A stretch of DNA of 42,033 nucleotides. Source: Methylococcaceae bacterium. Lineage in GTDB: Bacteria; Pseudomonadota; Gammaproteobacteria; Methylococcales; Methylomonadaceae. Shown here in pieces: positions 1 to 8,179 of this stretch. Under the pieces are notes generated by a model that made no database searches, was not told the DNA's origin, and saw nothing but the letters and a program-made list of their open reading frames with translations. The stretch is from assembly GCA_005779525.1 (NCBI GenBank), contig SXIZ01000163.1:1-42033 (forward strand), given 5' to 3'. Position numbers and translations under genes: made by a program. The stretch's first letter is position 1. Every line of letters starts with the position of its first letter.

Positions 1-357
1 AAGCTCCTCGATGGAACCGATGTGGATGTCATCGTACTGCCCAATCAGGAGACCTTAGGCAGTATTTTAAAGCATGTACGTAAAGGCGATGTCGCGGGGG
101 TGAGTTCCTTATGTGGGGGAACCGCAGAAGCGATAGAGGCAGTGGCGCATCAATCGCGGGGGGTTAGCTCGGTGGTCGGGTTGCGAGTCGATGAAATCAG
201 TTTGCCCGAAGGTGTGGTCCTAGGAGCTTTAATTCGCAATCATGAAGTCATACCTATTCATCATGATACGGTATTTGAAGAGATGGACAATGTGGTGATG
301 TTTGCGTTGGATAAAAAATTAGTGAAAAACATTGAAACCCTATTCCATCGTATTTAG
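1..357 (+). CDS. trkA: Trk potassium-uptake protein TrkA, C-terminal fragment (5' end outside window)
   Basis: Reading frame 1 is open from the window edge to the stop at 355-357. The RCK/TrkA-C-like sequence (GVVLGALIRNHEVIPIHHDTVFEEMDNVVMFALDKK) resembles the C-terminus of TrkA as I remember it. Confidence 0.7.
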   Translation, partial: KLLDGTDVDVIVLPNQETLGSILKHVRKGDVAGVSSLCGGTAEAIEAVAHQSRGVSSVVGLRVDEISLPEGVVLGALIRNHEVIPIHHDTVFEEMDNVVMFALDKKLVKNIETLFHRI

Positions 358-367
358 TAGTTTATAT

Positions 368-763
368 ATGCTGTTTTGTTATCGTCTTAGGTTTTTACCT
401 CGCATAGTTCCCGGTTTAGTATTGTTGTGTGTACTACCAAGCTGTGCTTTGTGGGATCCACTGCTGGACATTGATGAGTTTGCTGCTTATGCGGAACAAG
501 TTTTTAAGCAACAAAATGCGATTACCGATCAAATTATCGACGCCGCAGAGCTATTGAATAAAGAGCAGTACGCGCGCCTTTCTCAGGCAGAGTTAAAAAT
601 GCATGACGCTTGTCAGTTATTAAATGAATACGCCGTGCGTGAACGTGATGGTCTGGAGCGTGGCATTTTTTTCCAGCAACAGGTGCAAAGAAGCATTAGC
701 GGCTGTGACCAATCCTTGAAGTCAGTTGCAAAGCTATTGCATGAATTACAGGTTGCAGATTAG
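368..763 (+). CDS. hypothetical lipoprotein-like protein
   Basis: ORF 332-763. The internal ATG at 368 gives a hydrophobic signal peptide ending in the lipobox-like LPSC. No family recognised; start uncertain. Confidence 0.5.
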   Translation: MLFCYRLRFLPRIVPGLVLLCVLPSCALWDPLLDIDEFAAYAEQVFKQQNAITDQIIDAAELLNKEQYARLSQAELKMHDACQLLNEYAVRERDGLERGIFFQQQVQRSISGCDQSLKSVAKLLHELQVAD

Positions 764-772
764 ATTGGATTC

Positions 773-804
773 AGCCCTCCAGCGGAGTTCTTCGCTGGAG
801 GGCT
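773..804. terminator. perfect 12-bp GC-rich hairpin between convergent genes (possible bidirectional terminator)
   Basis: AGCCCTCCAGCG (773-784), 8-nt loop, CGCTGGAGGGCT (793-804). It lies between the stop at 763 (+) and the stop at 892 (-). No clear U-tract on either strand. Confidence 0.5.
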
Positions 805-891
805 CTGCATTGCAGTATAACGTTAAGAGCTTAATAAGCTAAACGAAAAGTTGCTCAGCAAGGGTATAGACGGCAGGGAAGGTGGTCCTGA

Positions 892-2427
892 TTACGCTTG
901 CGCTTCGTGTAATTGCATATTAATGAGTTTTAATGTCGCGAGCACGGCAGCAAAAACTTGGTTGGAATGCACAGCCCGAGTTTTTCGCAGTTCATGTCTG
1001 CAATCCCAAGTAATAATACATTCAGTCAAAGCATTTATATCTCCGCCTTTGGGAATGCGGATTTCGTAATCTAAGAGTGGGGGGAGGTTGTAGTTGTGTA
1101 AGGCTAAAACGCGCTCTATCGCATTGATAAAGGCAGCAAATCCCCCATTACCATGACCGGTCGCCAAATGTTTACTTCCTTCGATGCTCACCCGAATACT
1201 TGCAGTCGATTCAAGATCTAAGCCGCTGGTAATCGAACAGTTAAGGAGCTTAATGTGTTGGTAGTTTTTGGTTTCTAAAACATCGGCAATGATAAACGGC
1301 AAATCATCCGTGGTTATGGTCTGTTTCGAATCACCCAGGCTGACAATACGTTCCAAGACTTTTTTCTGATTTTCTTCAGATAAATCCAGTTCTAATTGTT
1401 CTAAATTCTTTTTCAGCGAGGCTTTGCCACTCATTTTGCCCAAGGCGTAGCTGCGGATGCGTGAGAAGCGTTCTGGACTGAGGCGAGTTTTATACAAGCC
1501 ACCTTTTTGATCACCATCCGCATGAATTCCAGCCGTTTGGGTAAAGACATCGGCACCGACAATCGGGGCGTTGGCCGCGACGCGTTTACCAGAGAAGTTT
1601 TCGACCATGCTGCTGATGCGCGCTAAGTGACTCTCGTCTATGCCCAAATGCATGTGCATTTTATCGCGCAGCACCACCGCCACTTCGGCGAGGGAGGCGT
1701 TACCGGCACGCTCTCCCAAGCAGTTTACCGTGCAATGTACTGCACTGACGCCTGCGCGTACGGCTGCCATGACATTAGCAGTTGCTAGACCGTAGTCATT
1801 GTGCGGGTGGAAATCAAATTGCACGTCCGGGTAGCGTTGACACATATCGTAAAGACTGGTGAATACTTCATCGGGCGATAAAACGCCTAAGGTATCCGGC
1901 AACATGAAATGGCTGATCCCGGCATTTAATAAGTTATTCATTAAGCCATAGACATAATTGGGATTGGCTTGATAACCATTGGACCAATCTTCGAGGTAGA
2001 CATTCACCTTTAGACCTTTATGCAGCGCGTAAGCAACGGTTTGTAGAATATCGGCACTGTGTTGCTCTAAGGTTTTACCCAATTGCTCGCGGCAATGTTT
2101 TTCACTGCCTTTGGTGAGTAGGTTTATAACTTGGCCTTCGGTTTCCAAAATCCAATCAACACTTTTGGTGTAATCGACAAAGCCTAATACTTCCACGCAG
2201 CCATGATAACCTTCTTGCTTAGCCCATTGATTAATATGGGTGACGGCTTCTTTTTCACCTTGGGACACACGTGCGGAAGCCACTTCAATGCGATTCACTT
2301 TTAGCGATTGCAGTAATGCTTTAGCAATATTAAGCTTTTCTGACGGGGTAAAAGAAACGCCTTGCGTTTGTTCACCGTCACGTAAAGTGGTGTCCATCAG
2401 CTGGATGGTTCGGGGTGTGGTGTTCAT
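892..2427 (-). CDS. cimA: (R)-citramalate synthase, LeuA/CimA family
   Basis: 511 aa. The N-terminus MDTTLRDGEQTQGVSFTPSEKLNIAKALLQSLKVNRIEVASARVSQGE, plus HPHNDYGLATAN, GERAGNASL and YALGKMSGKASL, closely follow my memory of Leptospira-type CimA rather than enterobacterial LeuA. A C-terminal LeuA-dimer-type regulatory domain is present. Confidence 0.75.
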   Translation of the reverse strand: MNTTPRTIQLMDTTLRDGEQTQGVSFTPSEKLNIAKALLQSLKVNRIEVASARVSQGEKEAVTHINQWAKQEGYHGCVEVLGFVDYTKSVDWILETEGQVINLLTKGSEKHCREQLGKTLEQHSADILQTVAYALHKGLKVNVYLEDWSNGYQANPNYVYGLMNNLLNAGISHFMLPDTLGVLSPDEVFTSLYDMCQRYPDVQFDFHPHNDYGLATANVMAAVRAGVSAVHCTVNCLGERAGNASLAEVAVVLRDKMHMHLGIDESHLARISSMVENFSGKRVAANAPIVGADVFTQTAGIHADGDQKGGLYKTRLSPERFSRIRSYALGKMSGKASLKKNLEQLELDLSEENQKKVLERIVSLGDSKQTITTDDLPFIIADVLETKNYQHIKLLNCSITSGLDLESTASIRVSIEGSKHLATGHGNGGFAAFINAIERVLALHNYNLPPLLDYEIRIPKGGDINALTECIITWDCRHELRKTRAVHSNQVFAAVLATLKLINMQLHEAQA

Positions 2428-2553
2428 GCCTGATTGCTGCGCTGGTTCAAGGGGTTAATGTGTTACTCCGGGTGCAAAACTTCTGTTTGCCTACCGCATC
2501 GGGATGATCGATGGTAGAGCTAGAGAGCCCTACCATCCTTCAGAGAGCTGAGC

Positions 2554-3165
2554 TTAAGCCCAAAGCCAAGGAAAGTTTTGTTTATGGCGTTGCTCATATG
2601 CATCTATTTGGTCGACGTGTTGCAACGTTAAGCCAATGTCATCCAGACCGCTGAGTAAATTGCCTTTACGAAATGGATCAATGTCAAAACTGAAATTATT
2701 GCCCGCTGGGGTGGTGACCTGCTGGTTTTCCAAATCTACACCAAAGCGTATGCCTTCATTTGCATTGATTTCAGCCATCAGCGCATCCAACACATTTTTT
2801 TCGACTTTAATGGGTAAGATACCGTTTTTAAAGCAGTTATTAAAGAAAATGTCGGCATAGCTGGTAGAGATGATGGTGTTAAAGCCATAATCGGCAATTG
2901 CCCAGGGCGCATGTTCGCGCGATGAGCCGCAGCCAAAGTTATCGCCTACGACTAAAATTTTGGCACCTTTAAATGTCGGTTTGTTTAATTCAAATTCTGC
3001 ATTGTCGCTGCCATCATCGTTATAGCGCCAGTCATGAAATAAATGGATGCCAAAGCCGCTACGTTCGACTTTTTTTAGGAATTGTTTGGGGATAATTTGG
3101 TCGGTATCCACATTGCTGCGATTCATGGCCGCAGCGATACTTTCGTGCTTTGTATAAGGTTGCAT
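2554..3165 (-). CDS. leuD: 3-isopropylmalate dehydratase small subunit
   Basis: 203 aa. Typical LeuD sequence (NVDTDQIIPKQFLK, GDNFGCGSSREHAPWA). GGAG RBS upstream of the ATG at 3165. Confidence 0.95.
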   Translation of the reverse strand: MQPYTKHESIAAAMNRSNVDTDQIIPKQFLKKVERSGFGIHLFHDWRYNDDGSDNAEFELNKPTFKGAKILVVGDNFGCGSSREHAPWAIADYGFNTIISTSYADIFFNNCFKNGILPIKVEKNVLDALMAEINANEGIRFGVDLENQQVTTPAGNNFSFDIDPFRKGNLLSGLDDIGLTLQHVDQIDAYEQRHKQNFPWLWA

Positions 3166-3182
3166 AGTTGCTCCGAGGCTGA

Positions 3183-4580
3183 TTATAGGGTGCGAATGTC
3201 TACAAAATGTCCCGCTGCAGCCGCGGCGGCGGCCATAGCTGGGGAGACTAGATGCGTACGTCCACCTTTACCTTGGCGACCTTCGAAGTTACGGTTCGAA
3301 GTAGACGCGCAGCGCTGACCTTTGCTTAATTCATCGCCATTCATGGCTAAACACATAGAACAACCCGGATCGCGCCATTCCCAACCTGCATCGATAAAAA
3401 TTTTATCTAAGCCTTCGGCTTCGGCTTGTTGTTTCACTTGATATGATCCTGGAACCGCAATTGCTGTAACGCCTGCGGCGACTTTGGTGCCTTTAGCAAC
3501 TTCGGCGGCAATGCGGAAATCTTCGATACGGCCGTTGGTGCATGATCCAATAAAGACGTAATCTACCGGAATATCAGTGATTTTAGTGTTAGGCGTTAAG
3601 CCCATGTAGGCGAGGGCACTTTCACAGGCTTTGCGTTTGCCTTCATCACTAAAACTTTCAGGTGCGGGCACGACATCGTTAACTCCACTGACTTGCTCGG
3701 GCGAAGTACCCCAAGAGACTTGAGGGGCAATGTCAGCCGCGTTTAATACGACAGTCGCATCGTAGCTGGCATCAGCATCGCTAGGGAGGCTTTGCCAATA
3801 GGCTAAAGCTTGATCCCAGGCAGCGCCTTTCGGTGCAAATTCTTTGCCTTGCAAAAAGGCGTAGGTCTTTTCGTCGGGTGCGATCAAGCCTGCACGAGCA
3901 CCTGCTTCAATAGCCATATTACATAAAGTCATGCGGCCTTCCATGCTTAACGCTTTAATGGCGTCGCCCGCATATTCGATGACATAACCTGTACCGCCCG
4001 CGGTACCAATTTTGCCAATAATGGCAAGTGCAATATCTTTGGCAGAAGAGAATTTGTTTAACTCACCATCAATCCTTACCAGCATGGTTTTGGATTTTTT
4101 TTGTGGCAAGGTTTGGGTGGCCATCACATGCTCAACTTCGGAGGTACCAATCCCAAAAGCCAGTGCGCCAAAAGCGCCATGCGTGGCAGTATGACTGTCA
4201 CCACAGACCACGACCATACCAGGGTGTACGAAACCATGTTCGGGCACGACAACATGGATCACTCCGTTATTTGGGCTTTGCATGTCATAAAGATTCAAAC
4301 CATTTTCGCGGCAGTTTTCCGCCATGACTTCAATTTGTTTTTTTGCAATCGGGTCAGCAATGGGTAAATTACGATTTTTAGTCGGGACGCAGTGATCCAT
4401 GGTCGCTAAAATACTATGTGGATTGCGAACTTTACGCCCTGACAGCCTTAAGCCTTCGAAAGCTTGTGGACTGGTAACTTCGTGCATCAAGTGCCGATCT
4501 ACATAGATTAACGGAGCCTGGCCCGCTGCTTCGGCAACTAGGTGGCTATCCCAAATTTTTTCATACATGGTTTTTTTCAT
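3183..4580 (-). CDS. leuC: 3-isopropylmalate dehydratase large subunit
   Basis: The track ORF begins at a TTG (4592). The ATG at 4580 gives [15 protein letters not shown], which aligns with the LeuC N-terminus. Aconitase-family Fe-S Cys motifs ([20 protein letters not shown]) and the conserved C-terminus [18 protein letters not shown] are present. Confidence 0.95.
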   Translation of the reverse strand: MKKTMYEKIWDSHLVAEAAGQAPLIYVDRHLMHEVTSPQAFEGLRLSGRKVRNPHSILATMDHCVPTKNRNLPIADPIAKKQIEVMAENCRENGLNLYDMQSPNNGVIHVVVPEHGFVHPGMVVVCGDSHTATHGAFGALAFGIGTSEVEHVMATQTLPQKKSKTMLVRIDGELNKFSSAKDIALAIIGKIGTAGGTGYVIEYAGDAIKALSMEGRMTLCNMAIEAGARAGLIAPDEKTYAFLQGKEFAPKGAAWDQALAYWQSLPSDADASYDATVVLNAADIAPQVSWGTSPEQVSGVNDVVPAPESFSDEGKRKACESALAYMGLTPNTKITDIPVDYVFIGSCTNGRIEDFRIAAEVAKGTKVAAGVTAIAVPGSYQVKQQAEAEGLDKIFIDAGWEWRDPGCSMCLAMNGDELSKGQRCASTSNRNFEGRQGKGGRTHLVSPAMAAAAAAAGHFVDIRTL

Positions 4581-5103
4581 TGCGTATTCCAATCATTTAC
4601 AGGCCGATGCACCCAGGTGCGGGCCCGACATTAACTACAGGGTCAAAGTGACATTAAGCCCGACATTATCACCTAAACGTTACCTGGATTGCAATGTGCC
4701 GAAAGCCGTGGCAAGTAATTTCTAGTAAAAATTATTTTACGGAATACTTGAAAGAATTCAGTGTTCAAGTGTGTAGAATAGGGTAAAGATAATGATATGT
4801 GTTAGAGTAATTGCTGCTGCGCATCTTTGACTTTATATGATTAAATAGTCCCCTGTCATGCTGGTAGAGAAAGTATTAAGCGTTTCGGTGTAACGGAGGT
4901 GTGCAAATAAGTTGTTTTAAAATGATTTTAGTATATTGTTTAATAGTAAGAATTTAAAAAAATTGCTCAGTGACGGCCAGTTTACGTTGTAAATTCACTG
5001 AAAATATTTTTTTTTCGACTAGACTTAAACGCAGTAAGCCAAGCTTCTAGATGGTTAGGCAATGTTTTTGTTAAAAAATTTCTATTTATTTAAGGGGAAA
5101 ATA

Positions 5104-5466
5104 ATGGCGAGTATATTGGCAGTTGATGATTCTGCTTCAATGCGGCAGATGGTATCTTTCACGCTTAAAGGAGCAGGATATGATGTTGAAGAAGCGGTTG
5201 ATGGCGTTGATGCCTTAAGTAAAGCAAAAGCCAAAAAATTTGATTGTGTCGTAACCGACGTAAACATGCCCAATAAGGATGGTATCTCGTTAATTAAAGA
5301 TTTAAGAGCGCTTCCAGACTATAAATTTGTCCCATTGCTCATGTTGACGACCGAATCTGGCATGGATAAAAAACAGCAAGGTAAAGAAGCCGGGGCAACA
5401 GGGTGGATAGTCAAACCCTTTAATCCTGATCAGCTATTAAAAACAATCCAAAAAGTTCTAGGATAA
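5104..5466 (+). CDS. cheY: chemotaxis response regulator CheY (single receiver domain)
   Basis: The ATG at 5104 is preceded by AAGGGGA. 120 aa with receiver signature DDS...VVTDVNMPNKDG...T...KP. First gene of the che operon. Confidence 0.9.
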   Translation: MASILAVDDSASMRQMVSFTLKGAGYDVEEAVDGVDALSKAKAKKFDCVVTDVNMPNKDGISLIKDLRALPDYKFVPLLMLTTESGMDKKQQGKEAGATGWIVKPFNPDQLLKTIQKVLG

Positions 5467-5511
5467 GCGCTTATTGCATTGTCTGGTCTTTATTCGCGCG
5501 GGTAATTCTTT

Positions 5512-7602
5512 ATGGCTATTGATATGGCACAATTCCATCAGGTCTTTTTCGAAGAAAGTTTCGAAGGGCTTGAGGCAATGGAATCAGGATTGTTAAATCT
5601 TGACATGGGTGATGTGGATGTTGAAGAAATTAATACTATCTTTAGAGCGGCGCATTCTATAAAAGGTGGCAGTGGAACCTTTGGATTTACCGCTGTTTCG
5701 GATTTCACGCATGTCATGGAAACCTTATTGGATGAAATGCGTGATGGTCGACGTAAAGTCACACAACCTGCCGTCAATGTCCTGCTCGGGGCGGTAGATT
5801 GTTTGCGTGAAATGTTAACAGCGATTCAGAATGAGCAGGATATTGACACACAAAGTGTCGCAGAACACAAGCGACACCTGGATCAAGAGCTGCGCGGTGA
5901 AGTGAGTAATAGCGCTCAAGTCTCGCAGGTAGCTACAGCGAAACCCAAAACCGCTCCAGCGACGCTGAAATCAGTTGCACCTGGTTGGCGTATCACCTTT
6001 TGTCCGCATTTGGATATGTTAAAAACGGGAAACGATCCCGTGCGCATTTTCAGAGAATTGGCTAATCTTGGGGCCTTGGAAACCACGGTTGATCAAAAAG
6101 GTCTCCCCGATTTTTACGATTTGGACCCTGAAGAATGTTATTTATCTTGGGGGCTTAATGTCGCAGGGGATATTGCTCAGTCTAGCATAGAGGAAATATT
6201 TGATTGGGTTGAAGAAAATTGCGATTTATCTCTTCAATCATTTTCAGATTTGGCACAACGCGATTTAGCGCATCAACCCGGAGTTGTCGTATCGGATGAT
6301 GCCGATCCTACACATCATCAGCAAGATCTGAGTCACCCAGAACCTATCGAAGAGAGTTCGGACGCGGCAAAAGTTAAAACCGTTGCTAAAGAAGAAAGTA
6401 AGGTTGCCAATAAAGGTTCAAGCTCGATACGTGTCGAAACCAGCAAAATTGATACGCTGATTAACATGGTGGGTGAGCTGGTGATTACACAATCCATGCT
6501 GAGCTTGGTGGGTGAGCATTTTGAAATTGGCAAATTAGATCATTTAAAAAGTGGTTTAGCGCAGTTAGAGCGACATACTCGCGAATTACAAGAAAGTGTG
6601 ATGAATATTCGCATGTTGCCCATTAGCTTTGTATTTAGTCGTTTTCCTCGCTTAACCCATGATTTAAGTGCAAAATTAGGAAAAAAGATCGAGCTAAAAT
6701 TAGTCGGTGAGCACACAGAAGTCGATAAGACAGTGGTTGAATTAATCAGTGATCCACTTGTGCATTTAGTGCGTAATAGTTTAGATCATGGTATTGAAAT
6801 GCCGAATGAGCGTCTTGCGATGGGTAAACCAGAAACAGGCACAATTATTCTTGAAGCCTATCATCGGGGTGGCAATATTGTTATTGAAGTACGTGACGAT
6901 GGAAAAGGTTTAGATAAAGCCAAGTTACGTGCTAAGGCGATTGAAAAGGGTTTAATCGATAAAGATACGCCATTAACAGATAAGCAAACGTTCGAATTAA
7001 TTTTTATGCCGGGATTTTCCACTGCAGAGAAATTGACTGACATTTCTGGTCGGGGTGTAGGTATGGATGTCGTGCGCCGTAATATCCAGTCACTCGGTGG
7101 CAATATTGAAATCATTTCGGAGTTGGGTAAAGGGTCAACAATTGCTATTCACTTACCGTTGACCCTGGCAATTTTAGATGGTCAATCGATAGCCGTGGGT
7201 GATGAGACTTTTATCGTACCGCTAGTGTCCATCATTGAATCGATTAATGTGACTGATGCCATGACTAATAAAGTCGCTGGTAAGGGTGAAACCTTTAGAT
7301 TACGTGGGGATTATTTACCCATCATCCGCATGCATGAAATTTTTGATGTTAAAACTGCCAAAGCACAAAAACTCACTGAAGGCTTAGTGGTGGTGGTTGA
7401 GGGCCAAGGAATTCGTTGCGGATTGTTTGTAGATGATTTATTAGGGCAACAACAAGTAGTGATTAAATCATTAGAAGCTAATTATCGTCGGGTTGAAGGG
7501 GTTTCCGGGGCGACGATTTTAGGTGATGGATCAGTTGCGTTGATTTTGGACATTCCAGGTTTAGTTCGCTTGTCAAACCAAAAACATGCAGGTAGAGATT
7601 AA
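5512..7602 (+). CDS. cheA: chemotaxis histidine kinase CheA
   Basis: 696 aa. HPt motif HSIKGGSGTFGF, dimerisation and HATPase regions (DPLVHLVRNSLDHG, DDGKGLD, GRGVGMDVV), and a C-terminal CheW-like domain. Confidence 0.95.
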   Translation: MAIDMAQFHQVFFEESFEGLEAMESGLLNLDMGDVDVEEINTIFRAAHSIKGGSGTFGFTAVSDFTHVMETLLDEMRDGRRKVTQPAVNVLLGAVDCLREMLTAIQNEQDIDTQSVAEHKRHLDQELRGEVSNSAQVSQVATAKPKTAPATLKSVAPGWRITFCPHLDMLKTGNDPVRIFRELANLGALETTVDQKGLPDFYDLDPEECYLSWGLNVAGDIAQSSIEEIFDWVEENCDLSLQSFSDLAQRDLAHQPGVVVSDDADPTHHQQDLSHPEPIEESSDAAKVKTVAKEESKVANKGSSSIRVETSKIDTLINMVGELVITQSMLSLVGEHFEIGKLDHLKSGLAQLERHTRELQESVMNIRMLPISFVFSRFPRLTHDLSAKLGKKIELKLVGEHTEVDKTVVELISDPLVHLVRNSLDHGIEMPNERLAMGKPETGTIILEAYHRGGNIVIEVRDDGKGLDKAKLRAKAIEKGLIDKDTPLTDKQTFELIFMPGFSTAEKLTDISGRGVGMDVVRRNIQSLGGNIEIISELGKGSTIAIHLPLTLAILDGQSIAVGDETFIVPLVSIIESINVTDAMTNKVAGKGETFRLRGDYLPIIRMHEIFDVKTAKAQKLTEGLVVVVEGQGIRCGLFVDDLLGQQQVVIKSLEANYRRVEGVSGATILGDGSVALILDIPGLVRLSNQKHAGRD

Positions 7603-7607
7603 GACTT

Positions 7608-8150
7608 ATGTTGCAAACAGATACCAATAATGCCGACTATAAAACTGAAAATGAACCACGTTTAGCCAATATAGAACAATTTTTAAGTTTTGTGTTGGGA
7701 AATGAAGAATATGGGGTCAGTATTCTCCGGGTTCAGGAAATTCGCAGTTGGGAGCCTGTTTCACGGATTCCTAATGTTCCAGTCTACGAAAAAGGTGTCG
7801 TAAATTTACGTGGCGCGATTGTGCCAATTATTGATTTACGCGAACGCTTTAATTTAGGACGCGCTGAATATACGCCGCTGACGGTTGTCGTGGTTTTACA
7901 AGCCCAGGTGAACGGTAAATCACGTACCATGGGGGTGGTTGTCGACTCGGTATCCGATGTAGTGGATGTAGATAAATTCAGTATTCAACGTCCACCAGAT
8001 TTTGGGGCCAAAGTGAGTACCGAATTTATCAACGGCTTAGCTTCAGTTAATCAACGTATGGTGATGTTGTTGGATGTCGAAAAATTGCTTCGTCTAGATG
8101 GCATTGACGATATGGTCACCGAACTCGCTGAAAGTGAATCCAAGCACTAA
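7608..8150 (+). CDS. cheW: chemotaxis coupling protein CheW (copy 1)
   Basis: 180 aa. CheW-like domain ([22 protein letters not shown]...[16 protein letters not shown]). Starts 5 nt after cheA. Confidence 0.9.
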   Translation: MLQTDTNNADYKTENEPRLANIEQFLSFVLGNEEYGVSILRVQEIRSWEPVSRIPNVPVYEKGVVNLRGAIVPIIDLRERFNLGRAEYTPLTVVVVLQAQVNGKSRTMGVVVDSVSDVVDVDKFSIQRPPDFGAKVSTEFINGLASVNQRMVMLLDVEKLLRLDGIDDMVTELAESESKH

Positions 8151-8179
8151 TTAATTTTCTACGTAGAAGGATATTTTAT

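Noticed and set aside
3213-3236. GC-rich GCN run encoding poly-alanine (AAAAAAA) near the 3' end of leuC
   Set aside because: The [13 protein letters not shown]-terminus is a conserved LeuC feature. It is not a repeat expansion or a separate element.
4709-4724. sigma54-like TGGCAA-N5-TTCTA upstream of the che operon
   Set aside because: The essential GC of the -12 element is missing (TTCT instead of TTGC), and the site is about 380 nt from cheY.
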